64,000 nt of DNA, from the IMG/VR virus record IMGVR_UViG_3300020172_000530, positions 1-64,000 of that record. One strand, 5' to 3'. Numbering within the stretch: the first letter of the stretch is position 1; every line of letters begins with the position of its first letter. Under the pieces are notes generated by a model. It ran no database searches, was not told the DNA's origin, and was given only the letters and a program-made list of their open reading frames with translations. Shown here piece by piece: positions 46,186 to 56,860 of the stretch. A program made the translations under genes and the position numbers. The DNA is from a virus.

Positions 46186-47023
46186 TAAGAGTGCGATATC
46201 TTGGTTACATGGATTACAAGAATTTTTTAAATTTCAAAACGATGAAATTTCCAGCAATTATGTAGATTTTATTTTAAAACTACTGTATGCTAATAATCCC
46301 GCTATCACAATAACAGAAGAAGCTGATATCGTAGAATTTATTGGTACATTAAGAAAGTTTGCTGACAATAATATTTTTAACGCTTTTCACAAATATTATA
46401 GAGAAGAGCACAATCCTAAGCATTTACAAGATGCGTTCAGTAGAGGGCAAGTTCAGAGTAAAATTTGGTTAGCACACGAATTACAAAAGATTCGAACAGA
46501 GCACAAGAATGTTTTAATTTTAGCAGGGTGGTATGGACAATTGCTTCAGTATTTTAAAGAAATAAAATTTGATAAAGTAAGAATAGTAGACATGGATAAG
46601 GAAGCTTGTTTAATTAGCGACGATATTTTCAACTTACATTTAATTGAAAATTATAGAGTTAAGGCCATATGTGCTGATATAAACAATATTATCATTCGTA
46701 AATCTGGATATATGCTTAATGTTGAAAACTTTAAGAATCTAGAAGCAAAGATTTTTAGTGAAAACTTTATGCCGGATCTTATTGTTAATACATCTGCTGA
46801 ACATATGAGCGAGAAATGGTTCAATGATATACGTTTTAAGGATTTTGAAACTAAACCTCTTGTAGTAATCCAAAGTAATAATTTATTCGATGTAGAAGAG
46901 CATATTAATTGTGTTCACAGTATCGATCATATGAAAAAAAATTATCCTATGAGTGAAATTTTCTATGAAGGAGAATTACAGCTAAAAGGGTACAAACGCA
47001 TAATGCTTATTGGATTACCATGA
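46172..47023 (+). CDS. Class I SAM-dependent methyltransferase-like protein
   Basis: VLILAGWYG motif I, acidic IVDMD after strand 2, DLIVNTSAEHM. Confidence 0.65.
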   Translation: MEEIDKSAISWLHGLQEFFKFQNDEISSNYVDFILKLLYANNPAITITEEADIVEFIGTLRKFADNNIFNAFHKYYREEHNPKHLQDAFSRGQVQSKIWLAHELQKIRTEHKNVLILAGWYGQLLQYFKEIKFDKVRIVDMDKEACLISDDIFNLHLIENYRVKAICADINNIIIRKSGYMLNVENFKNLEAKIFSENFMPDLIVNTSAEHMSEKWFNDIRFKDFETKPLVVIQSNNLFDVEEHINCVHSIDHMKKNYPMSEIFYEGELQLKGYKRIMLIGLP

Positions 47024-47247
47024 TAGATTTAGATCAGTTAGATCTTAGAACTTTACAAAAGGAATGTGCCCGTGCTGTTGCTACTATGGAAGCAACTAAT
47101 AATAACATTTATAAGTTTAATAAACAAGCACACCATAATAGTCAAAACTGGTATAAAGCAGTGATTAAATGGTATATTGAACAGCATGGAGATTTACCAA
47201 GCCGTGTTGGACCAGGAGTAGCTGTTAAATTTGTAATGGATTATTAA
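47020..47247 (+). CDS. 75-aa hypothetical protein
   Basis: ATGA overlap with the methyltransferase stop; TAATG overlap with the next small ORF. Confidence 0.75.
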   Translation: MIDLDQLDLRTLQKECARAVATMEATNNNIYKFNKQAHHNSQNWYKAVIKWYIEQHGDLPSRVGPGVAVKFVMDY

Positions 47248-47336
47248 TGGAAGAAGTTGACTTATCTACTATCGCTCATAGAGAACTAGAAGGGTATATG
47301 ATATCAAAGAAAATTGGCATGCGACAATATGTATAG
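47247..47336 (+). CDS. 29-aa peptide ORF (not in ORF track)
   Basis: MEEVDLSTIAHRELEGYMISKKIGMRQYV; fills the gap, coupled by TAATG upstream and overlapping the ATG of the first radical SAM gene. Confidence 0.55.
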   Translation: MEEVDLSTIAHRELEGYMISKKIGMRQYV

Positions 47337-48501
47337 ATATAACGAAATACAAACAGTTCATTTAGAAATGACAGATAATTGTAATGCTGCCTGTCCTATG
47401 TGTGCAAGAAATATAAATGGTGGCGAAGATAATCCACAGTTGCCAAAAACTGAACTAAGCCTGGATCATTGTAAAACTATATTTGAGCCCAAGTTTATCG
47501 CACAATTAAAACGCATGTATATGTGTGGTAACTATGGAGATCCTATTGCTGCTCAAGATACACTAGAAGTATTTGATTATTTTAGACAACATAATACTAA
47601 AATGAATCTTAGTATGTACACTAATGGCAGTGCTAAAAAGACTGATTGGTGGAAACAATTAGCTCAGGTATTAGGAAAAAACAGTTATGTAGTGTTCAGT
47701 ATAGATGGGTTAGAAGACACTAATCATTTATATAGACAAAATACTGTATGGTCTAAGATAATGGAAAATGCTCAAGCATTTATTGATGCAGGTGGCAACG
47801 CCCGCTGGGATTATATTGTGTTCGCCCATAATGAACATCAAGTAGATCAAGCAGATGCTCTCAGTAAAAAAATGGGTTTTACAAAATTTCAGTATAAAAA
47901 GAGTGCAAGATTTTTTAGTAATGTTAGTGGTACTACGAAAGAGATACATCAAGCAACTAATCGTAAGGGTGTGGCTACTACTTTGTTACAGTCTCCTACA
48001 GATCCTAAGTATAGAAATAGTACTTTACAGGAGTTAAGTAAAATTGCTAGTGATAATGTTACCGAAGTGAAATTTTTGCCTAGTACTGCTAAAGACGCTG
48101 AATTACTACTAGGTAAACAGGTGTTTAGTTTCGATTTTAATAAAAAGAAAGAAATGGAAAAATATTGGGATTCGGTAGAAATTAAATGCAAAGTAGCAGA
48201 AGAAAAGTCAGTTTATATTAGCGCAGAAGGCATAGTTCAACCTTGTTGTTGGACAGCAGGTCAAATGTATGTGTGGTATTGGGAACCGTTAGGCGGCCAA
48301 ATTTGGAAAGCAATTAATGAAGTGGGTAAAGATAATTTAAACGCCAAATATCACAGATTAGAAGATATAATTGACGGACGTTATTTTACTGAAGTTGTTC
48401 CAGAAAGTTGGAAAAAATCAAGTTGTGCTGATGGGAAATTAGCTGTCTGTGCTAAAACCTGCGGTGCTAAATATGATGCCTTTAGTGCCCAGTTCAAATG
48501 A
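47329..48501 (+). CDS. Radical SAM enzyme 1, C-terminal twitch/SPASM-like Cys cluster
   Basis: CNAACPMC, GNYGDP, TNGS, SIDG; C...PCC...C...C..C tail; ATG 47329 preferred to TTG 47314. Confidence 0.92.
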   Translation: MYRYNEIQTVHLEMTDNCNAACPMCARNINGGEDNPQLPKTELSLDHCKTIFEPKFIAQLKRMYMCGNYGDPIAAQDTLEVFDYFRQHNTKMNLSMYTNGSAKKTDWWKQLAQVLGKNSYVVFSIDGLEDTNHLYRQNTVWSKIMENAQAFIDAGGNARWDYIVFAHNEHQVDQADALSKKMGFTKFQYKKSARFFSNVSGTTKEIHQATNRKGVATTLLQSPTDPKYRNSTLQELSKIASDNVTEVKFLPSTAKDAELLLGKQVFSFDFNKKKEMEKYWDSVEIKCKVAEEKSVYISAEGIVQPCCWTAGQMYVWYWEPLGGQIWKAINEVGKDNLNAKYHRLEDIIDGRYFTEVVPESWKKSSCADGKLAVCAKTCGAKYDAFSAQFK

Positions 48502-49574
48502 ATATAGATAATATTAAAAAAGTAGAATTAGAAATTACCAGTAATTGTAATGCTGCTTGTCCTGGTTGCGCACGAACACAAAATTCTGATATCTTAGAAA
48601 TACATAGTTTTGGATTAGAAGACCTAGTACGGATGTTCCCTACTCCAAGACATATACAAGGTAAAGAATTTAAATTCTGCGGTGTATTAGGCGATCCTAT
48701 TGCTAATAAAGAATGTTATGATATGATAGAATATCTAGTTAGTAATAATGGGTATTGTCAAATTAGCACTAATGGTGGATTAAATTCAACAATCTGGTGG
48801 AGTAAACTAGGAGAGCTAAGTAAGAAAACTAATTTAGTCGATGTTAATTTCTGTGTTGATGGACATAAGGAAACTAACCATATCTATCGAGTTAATACAC
48901 TGTTCAGTGTTATAGAAAAGAATATGGCAGCTTATTCCCAGGCACAAGGACAAGCTACGTGGATTTACATAGTATTTGATCATAACGAGCACGAATTAAC
49001 AACAGCACAGCATCATGCTGAACAATTAGGTTTCAAATTTGCCACAAGAACAGGTATGAGAAATAGTTATCATAACTGGGTAGCAGAAATTAGAAATAAA
49101 GATAAAACCAAAGAACAAGTGGTAATTACTACAACAGGTAGTAAAGAACATAGTAAGAAAAATTTAGTAAAAGATCTAGATAAGTTTATTTCAACGTATA
49201 ATAAAGGAATGTTTATGCTTCCTATAGTTGATAAAAAGCAAGAAATACTGAATTCAATTACTTGTAAGTTAGTTCACGAAGGCGAAATCTTTATTGCTAG
49301 TAATCAAACCATGTGGCCCTGTTGTTTTTTATGGGATAGCATGTTTAAAAATAAAGAAAGTATTGTAGAAAAATTAAATGAATACAGCGAAGGATGGAAC
49401 AGTTTACGCAATTACACTATTGATGAAGTGTTAGCTCATCCGTGGTTTGATCATATACTCGCTGAAAGTTGGAATCCCGCTCACGCTAAACATTTTATAA
49501 GATGTATTAGAACTTGCGCATATAACAAAGCATATCAAAATGAAATCAATTATGTCAATAAAGAAACTACCTAG
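48498..49574 (+). CDS. Radical SAM enzyme 2, paralogue of enzyme 1
   Basis: CNAACPGC, GVLGDP, TNGG, VDG; C...WPCC...CIRTC. Confidence 0.92.
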   Translation: MNIDNIKKVELEITSNCNAACPGCARTQNSDILEIHSFGLEDLVRMFPTPRHIQGKEFKFCGVLGDPIANKECYDMIEYLVSNNGYCQISTNGGLNSTIWWSKLGELSKKTNLVDVNFCVDGHKETNHIYRVNTLFSVIEKNMAAYSQAQGQATWIYIVFDHNEHELTTAQHHAEQLGFKFATRTGMRNSYHNWVAEIRNKDKTKEQVVITTTGSKEHSKKNLVKDLDKFISTYNKGMFMLPIVDKKQEILNSITCKLVHEGEIFIASNQTMWPCCFLWDSMFKNKESIVEKLNEYSEGWNSLRNYTIDEVLAHPWFDHILAESWNPAHAKHFIRCIRTCAYNKAYQNEINYVNKETT

Positions 49575-50958
49575 CAAAACATTTTGTATTTTACCTTGGG
49601 TACATTTAAGCACACGGCCAGACGGCAGTATGCGAGTATGTTGTACAGCCAATGCTAGTAGCGTAGGTCCTACTAACGATAAACAGCATGGAGGGATGGT
49701 AGGAGTATTAAAAACAGATGAAGGAAAGCCCAGTAATCTGAATGTCAGTGATTTCTTAAGTAGTTGGAATAGCGATTACATGCGTAATGTTCGTAAACAG
49801 ATGCTGAATGGTGAGCAGCCTCCAAGTTGTACTAAGTGCTACAAAGAAGAAGCCGCAGGGCACAATAGTAAACGGATGTGGGAAACTGCTTATTGGGCTG
49901 ATCGTGTTGATCTGGACAAGCTAATTGCTGACACTGCTGAAGATGGATCTGTACCACCCCAATTAAATTATATTGATTTGCGGTTTGGAACTAAATGCCA
50001 ACTCGCTTGTGTTATGTGTAGTCCTCATGATAGTTCAGGATGGATTAAAGATTGGCAAGCAATATATCCTCAGATACAAAATAGCAGCTTAAAGGAAACA
50101 TCTCAATGGTCAAATAAAGGCAGCACTAATGGCAGTAGTTATAATTGGCACAAAAATAATCCTGTGTTTTGGAAACAGTTCAATGAACAAATTCCTAATA
50201 TGCAACAGTTATACTTTGCCGGTGGAGAGAGCTTAATTATCGAAGAGCATTACGAAATATTGGAGGAAGCAATAAGGCAAGGACATGCTAAGAATTTAGA
50301 ATTGCGTTATAATAGTAATGGAGTAGAATGGCGTGATGATCTGTTTGAATTGTGGAAAGAATTTAAATTAGTGCGTTTTCACTATAGTGTGGACAGTATT
50401 GAAGAAATGAACAGCTATATTCGTTACCCAAGCGAATGGGAAAGAACACATGAAGTATTTCATATATTAGATAAAGCAACACCACCGAATACAGAAATTA
50501 CTGTTGCTTGTGCCGTTCAGGCGTTAAACGTATATTATTTGCCAGACTTTTTAAAATGGAAGCTTAATCAAAATTTTAAAAAAGTAAACATGTGGCCACT
50601 AGGCGCAGGGGGAATTAACTATCACTTTGTGTATCATCCTCCGCACCTAAATGTTAAAGTTCTTCCAAAATGGTTCAAAGAAAAATGTAGACAAAAATAT
50701 GAAGAATTTTATCCATGGTGGGAAGCTAATTGGCAGAAAGGTATTCCTGCTTCTAAAACAGATCAAGTAACTTATGATATGTGGCGTGATGCTAGTTACG
50801 GTATTAATAGATTAGAAGGTATGCTACAATTTATGGAAAGCGAAGATTGGAGCATACGATTGCCCGAACTAAAAGAATATATTCAGTTGATTGATAATCA
50901 AAGGGGATTAAACTTTGCTGAAACATTTCCTGAAATGAAGGATATTTTCGATGAGTAA
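49540..50958 (+). CDS. Radical SAM enzyme 3, N-terminal twitch-like domain
   Basis: FCILPW...RVCC...CTKC precede CQLACVMC; AGGE, NSNG, SVDS. Confidence 0.92.
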   Translation: MKSIMSIKKLPSKTFCILPWVHLSTRPDGSMRVCCTANASSVGPTNDKQHGGMVGVLKTDEGKPSNLNVSDFLSSWNSDYMRNVRKQMLNGEQPPSCTKCYKEEAAGHNSKRMWETAYWADRVDLDKLIADTAEDGSVPPQLNYIDLRFGTKCQLACVMCSPHDSSGWIKDWQAIYPQIQNSSLKETSQWSNKGSTNGSSYNWHKNNPVFWKQFNEQIPNMQQLYFAGGESLIIEEHYEILEEAIRQGHAKNLELRYNSNGVEWRDDLFELWKEFKLVRFHYSVDSIEEMNSYIRYPSEWERTHEVFHILDKATPPNTEITVACAVQALNVYYLPDFLKWKLNQNFKKVNMWPLGAGGINYHFVYHPPHLNVKVLPKWFKEKCRQKYEEFYPWWEANWQKGIPASKTDQVTYDMWRDASYGINRLEGMLQFMESEDWSIRLPELKEYIQLIDNQRGLNFAETFPEMKDIFDE

Positions 50959-52288
50959 AAAAATAGCCTGTTGGTACACATTAGGTGGACTAAATTATAA
51001 AAATGGATTTGCTACTTCTTGTCCGCAGCAAAGCGATAAACTCCATATTATGGAAGGCACTCAGATAATTAAACCTTCTGAAATTATCAATTCAGAAGGA
51101 TTCAGGAAACATCGATTAGATATGATGTCCGGTAAATGGAGTCCTGGGTGCCACTTATGTAAAAATGTAGAAGAAGCTAAAGCAGGTAATAGTATGCGTA
51201 TGGACTACCCAGTAGACGAAACTAATTACGATGATTTAACTGGTGCGATAGATTTTAACGGACTTACTCATGTAGAGTTTAGATTTAGTAACGCCTGTAA
51301 TATGGCATGCCTGCACTGTAGTGAAGTGTTTAGTAGCGGCTGGATGGCAAAACTCAAACACTATGAACCTGACAAAGATGATTGGAATCACAGACTTATA
51401 CAATTGACCAAAACTATGCATCGTGCCGGATTTAACGACACGTTAAGCATAGATATGAGTCTCGAAGACATGTATAAGATTGTAGACGATTTGAACACGA
51501 ATTTTCTTAATCTACAAAAAATCGACTTTACTGGTGGCGAAGTATTATATCAGAAACAGTTTATACCTTGTCTAAAAGCATTAGCTAAACATCCACATGC
51601 TGAAAACATACACATTAGTTTCCATACTAATTTTAATGCTAAATTTGATCCAGAAGAGTTATCAAAAGCACTTGAACCTTTTCGATATGTGACTATCATG
51701 ATGAGCATTGATTCTGGAACTAACATTTATAGTTATTTTAGAACAGGTGATTGGAACGTGTTAACAGACAACATTAGAAGATTTAAAATAGCAAACACGA
51801 GTAAAAACGTTGATCTTAATGTTGTCTGTACAACCAGTGTTTATCAAATGATGGATATTGAAAATGTATTTGAAAGTTTTTTAAATTTAGATATAGACTG
51901 GATTGATAGTTCTATTGTTTATACTCCAGATTATCTAAATCCTGCTATTTTAATGTTTGATTATAAAGATTATGTTATTCAGGATATTAAAAATACATAC
52001 AGTATGATTGATAGAGTGAAACAAGAACGTATGGATAATTTTGAAGAAAGTCAAAAAATGCGTACTTGGCGTAAAGGTAAGGAGATATTTCAAGATATAG
52101 AAAGTGCTTATAGAGCATTAAAAGGCATTGAGGACTATGTGATAAATCATAAACCGCAATATAAACACTGGGAAGCCTTTATGGTATATGTTAGAAAAAC
52201 AGATGAAATATGGCAACAAGATTTTAATACTCATTTTGAAAATTACAAATTTTTAGATTATAAAGTTCTAAGAAAGGAGATGTTATGA
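50951..52288 (+). CDS. Radical SAM enzyme 4, N-terminal twitch-like domain
   Basis: ACWY...SCP...CHLC precede CNMACLHC; TGGE, HTN, SIDS. Confidence 0.9.
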   Translation: MSKKIACWYTLGGLNYKNGFATSCPQQSDKLHIMEGTQIIKPSEIINSEGFRKHRLDMMSGKWSPGCHLCKNVEEAKAGNSMRMDYPVDETNYDDLTGAIDFNGLTHVEFRFSNACNMACLHCSEVFSSGWMAKLKHYEPDKDDWNHRLIQLTKTMHRAGFNDTLSIDMSLEDMYKIVDDLNTNFLNLQKIDFTGGEVLYQKQFIPCLKALAKHPHAENIHISFHTNFNAKFDPEELSKALEPFRYVTIMMSIDSGTNIYSYFRTGDWNVLTDNIRRFKIANTSKNVDLNVVCTTSVYQMMDIENVFESFLNLDIDWIDSSIVYTPDYLNPAILMFDYKDYVIQDIKNTYSMIDRVKQERMDNFEESQKMRTWRKGKEIFQDIESAYRALKGIEDYVINHKPQYKHWEAFMVYVRKTDEIWQQDFNTHFENYKFLDYKVLRKEML

Positions 52289-53142
52289 AATTTAGAGATA
52301 ACAACGCAATTTATGAACAGTTAGATACTAACAGTGGAATAGAACTATTTAGATTTAACGGGTTGGACATTCCATTCAATCCAACTTGGAGAAAGATAGG
52401 TATCAATCTTAGTGGGGGTGCTGATAGTAGTTGCCTACTAACATTATTATGTAATATTATTACAAGGAATAAATTACGTTGTGTAATACATGTGATTAGT
52501 CATGTTCGTTGTTATAACACTAGACCTTGGCAAGGACCAATCGCGCTTGATGTCTTTGAAAAATTTGTTAAAGATTATTATCCTAGTATTCATTTTATAA
52601 GACACACTAATTTTATACCACCAGAATTAGAATGGGGAGCCATTGGTCCTATAACACATGATGAAGACGGTCGCCCTAGAAGTGGTGATCAAATCTGTGT
52701 CGGAAGTTTTAACAACTATATTATACATAAAGAAAAATTAGACGTAGTTTATAATGCTACTAGTGCCAATCCTCAAGGAAGTAATTGGGTCGGAGGAATG
52801 GCTAATAGGGAAAAGCCTGCTAGTGAAGGCGTTCTTAAAGATTTAGTAATGAGCAAAGAAGGACACACAATTTGTCATCCTTTTAGATTCGTAGATAAGT
52901 CTTATATTTTGGCTCAGTATCATTTATTTGACAAACTTGATCTTTATAATATGACACGCAGTTGTGAAGGCGATATTAACGATCCAAAAATTAAAGAAAT
53001 AGTACCGACGCTGCAAGCCTATGATTCAGTTGACCATACGGTAGATACTTTACCTAAGTGTGGGCATTGCTGGTGGTGTAAAGAAAGAGATTGGGCGGAA
53101 AGTGTAGTCGATCAAGTAGTGGAAGAATTAAGAAATGCTTGA
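52285..53142 (+). CDS. QueC-like PP-loop ATPase (7-cyano-7-deazaguanine synthase fold)
   Basis: INLSGGADS PP-loop; HPF...K; TRSC...CGHCWWCKER zinc site. Confidence 0.75.
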   Translation: MKFRDNNAIYEQLDTNSGIELFRFNGLDIPFNPTWRKIGINLSGGADSSCLLTLLCNIITRNKLRCVIHVISHVRCYNTRPWQGPIALDVFEKFVKDYYPSIHFIRHTNFIPPELEWGAIGPITHDEDGRPRSGDQICVGSFNNYIIHKEKLDVVYNATSANPQGSNWVGGMANREKPASEGVLKDLVMSKEGHTICHPFRFVDKSYILAQYHLFDKLDLYNMTRSCEGDINDPKIKEIVPTLQAYDSVDHTVDTLPKCGHCWWCKERDWAESVVDQVVEELRNA

Positions 53143-54436
53143 TACATTCTGTCCTATTCCTTGGATATTTCAAGCAGTAAGAGCCAACGGAGATATCCGT
53201 GTTTGTTGTCAGGCTAACGTGACTAAGAATCAAGGAGTAATCAGAAAGCTAGATGGTTCAGCTTATAATGCTGGGCAAGATACATTAGAAGATAGCAGAA
53301 ACGCAGAGATGATGAAAGCAATTCGTCTTAACATGCTGAACGGTGTGTGGAGTGAAGAATGCGGCCGTTGTAAAAAAGAAGAGGAAACTGGGTTAGTGAG
53401 TCGTAGGACTTATGAAAATCAACAATGGAAATTTACTATAGATGAAGCACGAGCTAAGACAGCAGAAGATGGTAGTATAGCAGATGTTCCTATCATTTAT
53501 TATGATTTAAGATTTGGTAATTTTTGTAATTTAAAATGTCGTATGTGTGGCCCAACAGATAGTAGTGCTTGGTACGATGATTGGATTAAACTCACAGGCA
53601 GCAACAAATTTAAAGACACATCAGGAGAAGTATCTATACTAGAAAATTCTAAAGGATACTATGCCACAGAGTTTGATTGGCCTAACTATGAACCATTTTG
53701 GCAGCAACTGGAGTCAAACGCACATAACATTCAGCATGTATATTTTGCTGGCGGTGAACCTATGCTTATAGAACGTCACTACGATTTTTTGGAAAGATGT
53801 ATTGAACAAAATGTTGCTAAAAATATAATTATTGAGTATAATACTAATATGAGTACCTTACCCGCTCGAGTGACTAACTTATGGAAAAGTTTTAAACAAG
53901 TTCGAGTTGGCGCGAGTGTAGACGGAATGGATAAGATGCAGGAATATCAACGTTATCCTGCTAAATGGCAAAAGACTTTAGATAATTTGCGCAAAGTCGA
54001 TGAACTACCTGATAATATTATTGCTTGGTTAGCCTTTACTGTTACTGCTTACAATATTAATCATATGATTGATTTTATGAAATGGAAGTTACAATTAAGT
54101 GGATTTAAAAAAATTAATAGTACAAATAGAAGACCAATAATCACACATCATGTCGCTCATCATCCTAAACATTTAAATGTCAGAGTGTTGCCCGACGAAT
54201 ATAAAAAAGAGCTTACTGAAAAATTTTATGAATTTTTAGAATGGGTTAAAAATAACCACCCAAGTGTTATTATACAAGCTACAGATATAGTAAATGGTGT
54301 AGTGAATTATATGAATAGCGAAAGTTATTACAAAGAATATTGGAACGAGTTTTTAAGTTATACTAAAAAATTAGATGATATTAGACAAGAAAGTATAGCT
54401 GATGTAGAACCAAAGTTTAAGGAATACATAAAGTGA
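53135..54436 (+). CDS. Radical SAM enzyme 5, N-terminal twitch-like domain
   Basis: FCPIPW...RVCC...CGRC; CNLKCRMC; AGGEP; YNTN; SVDG. Confidence 0.92.
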   Translation: MLDTFCPIPWIFQAVRANGDIRVCCQANVTKNQGVIRKLDGSAYNAGQDTLEDSRNAEMMKAIRLNMLNGVWSEECGRCKKEEETGLVSRRTYENQQWKFTIDEARAKTAEDGSIADVPIIYYDLRFGNFCNLKCRMCGPTDSSAWYDDWIKLTGSNKFKDTSGEVSILENSKGYYATEFDWPNYEPFWQQLESNAHNIQHVYFAGGEPMLIERHYDFLERCIEQNVAKNIIIEYNTNMSTLPARVTNLWKSFKQVRVGASVDGMDKMQEYQRYPAKWQKTLDNLRKVDELPDNIIAWLAFTVTAYNINHMIDFMKWKLQLSGFKKINSTNRRPIITHHVAHHPKHLNVRVLPDEYKKELTEKFYEFLEWVKNNHPSVIIQATDIVNGVVNYMNSESYYKEYWNEFLSYTKKLDDIRQESIADVEPKFKEYIK

Positions 54437-55641
54437 GTTTTGATACAGTAGATTTGTTAGACGGCAATGTATTCCAAGTTACCTGGGATTTAGGACGTAG
54501 ATGTAACTATGATTGTAGTTATTGTCCTAGTCACAGACATGATAATTTTAGTCCCCATGCTAGTTTGGAAACATTAAAAGCAAATGTAGATTTTTTGTAC
54601 AAGTATATTGATTTGTATATGAATCATAGACACTTCAAAGAAACTAGTATTAGTTTTACTGGCGGAGAGCCTACTGTTAATCCTAATTTCATCCCATTCA
54701 TAAAATACCTAAAAGAACAATATCAAGAAAAATACCAAAGTAAGTGGAGAGCGGGATTTGCTTTGACAAGTAACGGTGCGATGAGTTCCAAAATGGCTGA
54801 CTCTGTTATGGAGCATATGGATCATATTACTATCAGTTATCATACTGAAGCAGATAATAAACTGAAAAAACAAGTAGTTGATCGTATCGAACAGTTTAGC
54901 AAGTATGGATCAGAACGAAATTGTACTATAAGCATCAATGTGATGTTTCACGCAGGATATTTTGAAGAGTGTCAAGATCTTTGTGCTTATTTTGATGCCA
55001 ACGGTATTAAATATGTTCCCCGTGTTATAGGCGAAGAGCCCGACAGTCGTAGTAATTTTGCTCATCAATATTCGGAGCATCAACTAATATGGATGAAGGA
55101 TTACTGGAAGAATAACACAGATAAGATTAATAATCCTAGTGTGGAAGAAGTACGACAAAATACAGATTTTGGAATCAGTGCTGCTACAGAAGATAGTTCA
55201 ACACCACAGAAACAATTAGGATTAACAATTGGACGTCCTTGTTGTGGTAGTCGTACTATGTGTTTAAGTAATCAAAGTGAAAGTCGTAAGAGTAAGTTTG
55301 TAGATCTAAGAGAATTTAAAGGATGGCACTGTAGCGTTAACTGGTTCTTTATGCATATTGAACAACAAACAGACAGTGTATTTCATCATCAAACTTGCCA
55401 AGCACAGTTCGGACAAACACGAGGCCCTATTGGTAAGTTAAGCGAAAGCGATAAGATTTTAGAAAATTTAGAACGTAATTTACGTGAACAAACTATGCCT
55501 ACAATCATTTGTCCTAAACATACATGTGGATGCGGCCTATGTGCTCCTAAGAGTAAATTTGAGGAAAAGTATAAAACTGTGTTGTTTAATCATGTTGACA
55601 AAACTGTTTTTAAAAATACATTGCTAAATGAAAAACAGTAA
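54433..55641 (+). CDS. Radical SAM enzyme 6, Cys-rich C-terminus
   Basis: CNYDCSYC, TGGEPT, TSNG, SYH; PCC...GWHC...C...CPKHTCGCGLC. Confidence 0.92.
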   Translation: MSFDTVDLLDGNVFQVTWDLGRRCNYDCSYCPSHRHDNFSPHASLETLKANVDFLYKYIDLYMNHRHFKETSISFTGGEPTVNPNFIPFIKYLKEQYQEKYQSKWRAGFALTSNGAMSSKMADSVMEHMDHITISYHTEADNKLKKQVVDRIEQFSKYGSERNCTISINVMFHAGYFEECQDLCAYFDANGIKYVPRVIGEEPDSRSNFAHQYSEHQLIWMKDYWKNNTDKINNPSVEEVRQNTDFGISAATEDSSTPQKQLGLTIGRPCCGSRTMCLSNQSESRKSKFVDLREFKGWHCSVNWFFMHIEQQTDSVFHHQTCQAQFGQTRGPIGKLSESDKILENLERNLREQTMPTIICPKHTCGCGLCAPKSKFEEKYKTVLFNHVDKTVFKNTLLNEKQ

Positions 55642-56860
55642 CACATATTGTCTTCAACCCTTTAGGGAAATAACTATAAAAGATTTCACCGGCGACAAGC
55701 TAAAAACATTCTGGCCTTGTTGTATGATGGCTAATCAAATTACGGAAAATCGAGACACCAATGTTTTAGAAATTAAAAATGCTAATGAGCTAACTCCGCA
55801 AGAAATGTATGATCATCCGAGGATGGTATTATTAAGAAACAATTTGCTGAATGGTATTAAAGATTCTGCTTGTGAAGTTTGCTGGCACCAAGAAGAAAGA
55901 GGTCTCAAATCGTTTAGGCAATTTAATAATGAAAATTCAAGCGTTCACTCCGACGACGGATTGTCTAGCATTGATATAACTGCTTCTAATATATGTAATC
56001 TAAGATGTCGAATGTGTACTCCTACGAGTAGCCATCAATTAATGATAGATCATCAATTCTTCGAACAGAATCAGTTATTGGATAAAGTTAAATCTGTTAC
56101 TAAGAGATGGGGTATTTTAAATAAAGCATATAAGACAACGGAATCTGTTCAATGGAAATGGATGCTAGAAAATACCGATAAAATTAAATTGCTAAAGGCC
56201 AGCGGCGGCGAGCCATTTTACGACAATAAGATTGTTAAACTTCTTGAAAAATATATAGAAACAGATAACGCAAAAAATACTATATTAAGTTTTCACACTA
56301 ATGCTACACTATTTGACGATAACATGATCAATATATTAAATCAATTTAAAATGAATGACCATGTGTTTAGTGTAGACGGTGTTGGAAAAACTTATGAATA
56401 CATAAGGTATCCTGCTACGTTTGATCAACTTGAAAACAGTGTAATTAAATATTTGAAAAATGTTCGAAATTATAAAACTCCGATACAATTTACAGTAATT
56501 GTTTCTGCTCAAAATTTATTAATTTTAAATCAATATATAGAATGGACACGATCACTTCCAGCTATCACATCGCCTCATTTTTCAGAAATATATGATCTTA
56601 ATCGTGGGATTGCTATAAAGCATTTACCTAAAAAACTTTTACTTCAAGCTAAAACAAATTTAGAAAAATACACATTGAATTTAAACAATCATTCTGATTT
56701 TGAGGTAGAAAGTTTAATAAAGTCGATTGATAATGCAATTGCTGAAAATGCTGAAAATAAACAATTAGTCAAGGAGGAATGTCAATTGTTCGACTTATCT
56801 AGAAATCAATCTTACAGAAGTTATCTTCATCCTGATTTAGTAAATTGGCTAGACTCATGA
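55628..56860 (+). CDS. Radical SAM enzyme 7, N-terminal twitch-like domain
   Basis: YCLQPF...PCC...CEVC; CNLRCRMC; SGGEP; HTN; SVDG. Confidence 0.92.
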   Translation: MKNSNTYCLQPFREITIKDFTGDKLKTFWPCCMMANQITENRDTNVLEIKNANELTPQEMYDHPRMVLLRNNLLNGIKDSACEVCWHQEERGLKSFRQFNNENSSVHSDDGLSSIDITASNICNLRCRMCTPTSSHQLMIDHQFFEQNQLLDKVKSVTKRWGILNKAYKTTESVQWKWMLENTDKIKLLKASGGEPFYDNKIVKLLEKYIETDNAKNTILSFHTNATLFDDNMINILNQFKMNDHVFSVDGVGKTYEYIRYPATFDQLENSVIKYLKNVRNYKTPIQFTVIVSAQNLLILNQYIEWTRSLPAITSPHFSEIYDLNRGIAIKHLPKKLLLQAKTNLEKYTLNLNNHSDFEVESLIKSIDNAIAENAENKQLVKEECQLFDLSRNQSYRSYLHPDLVNWLDS

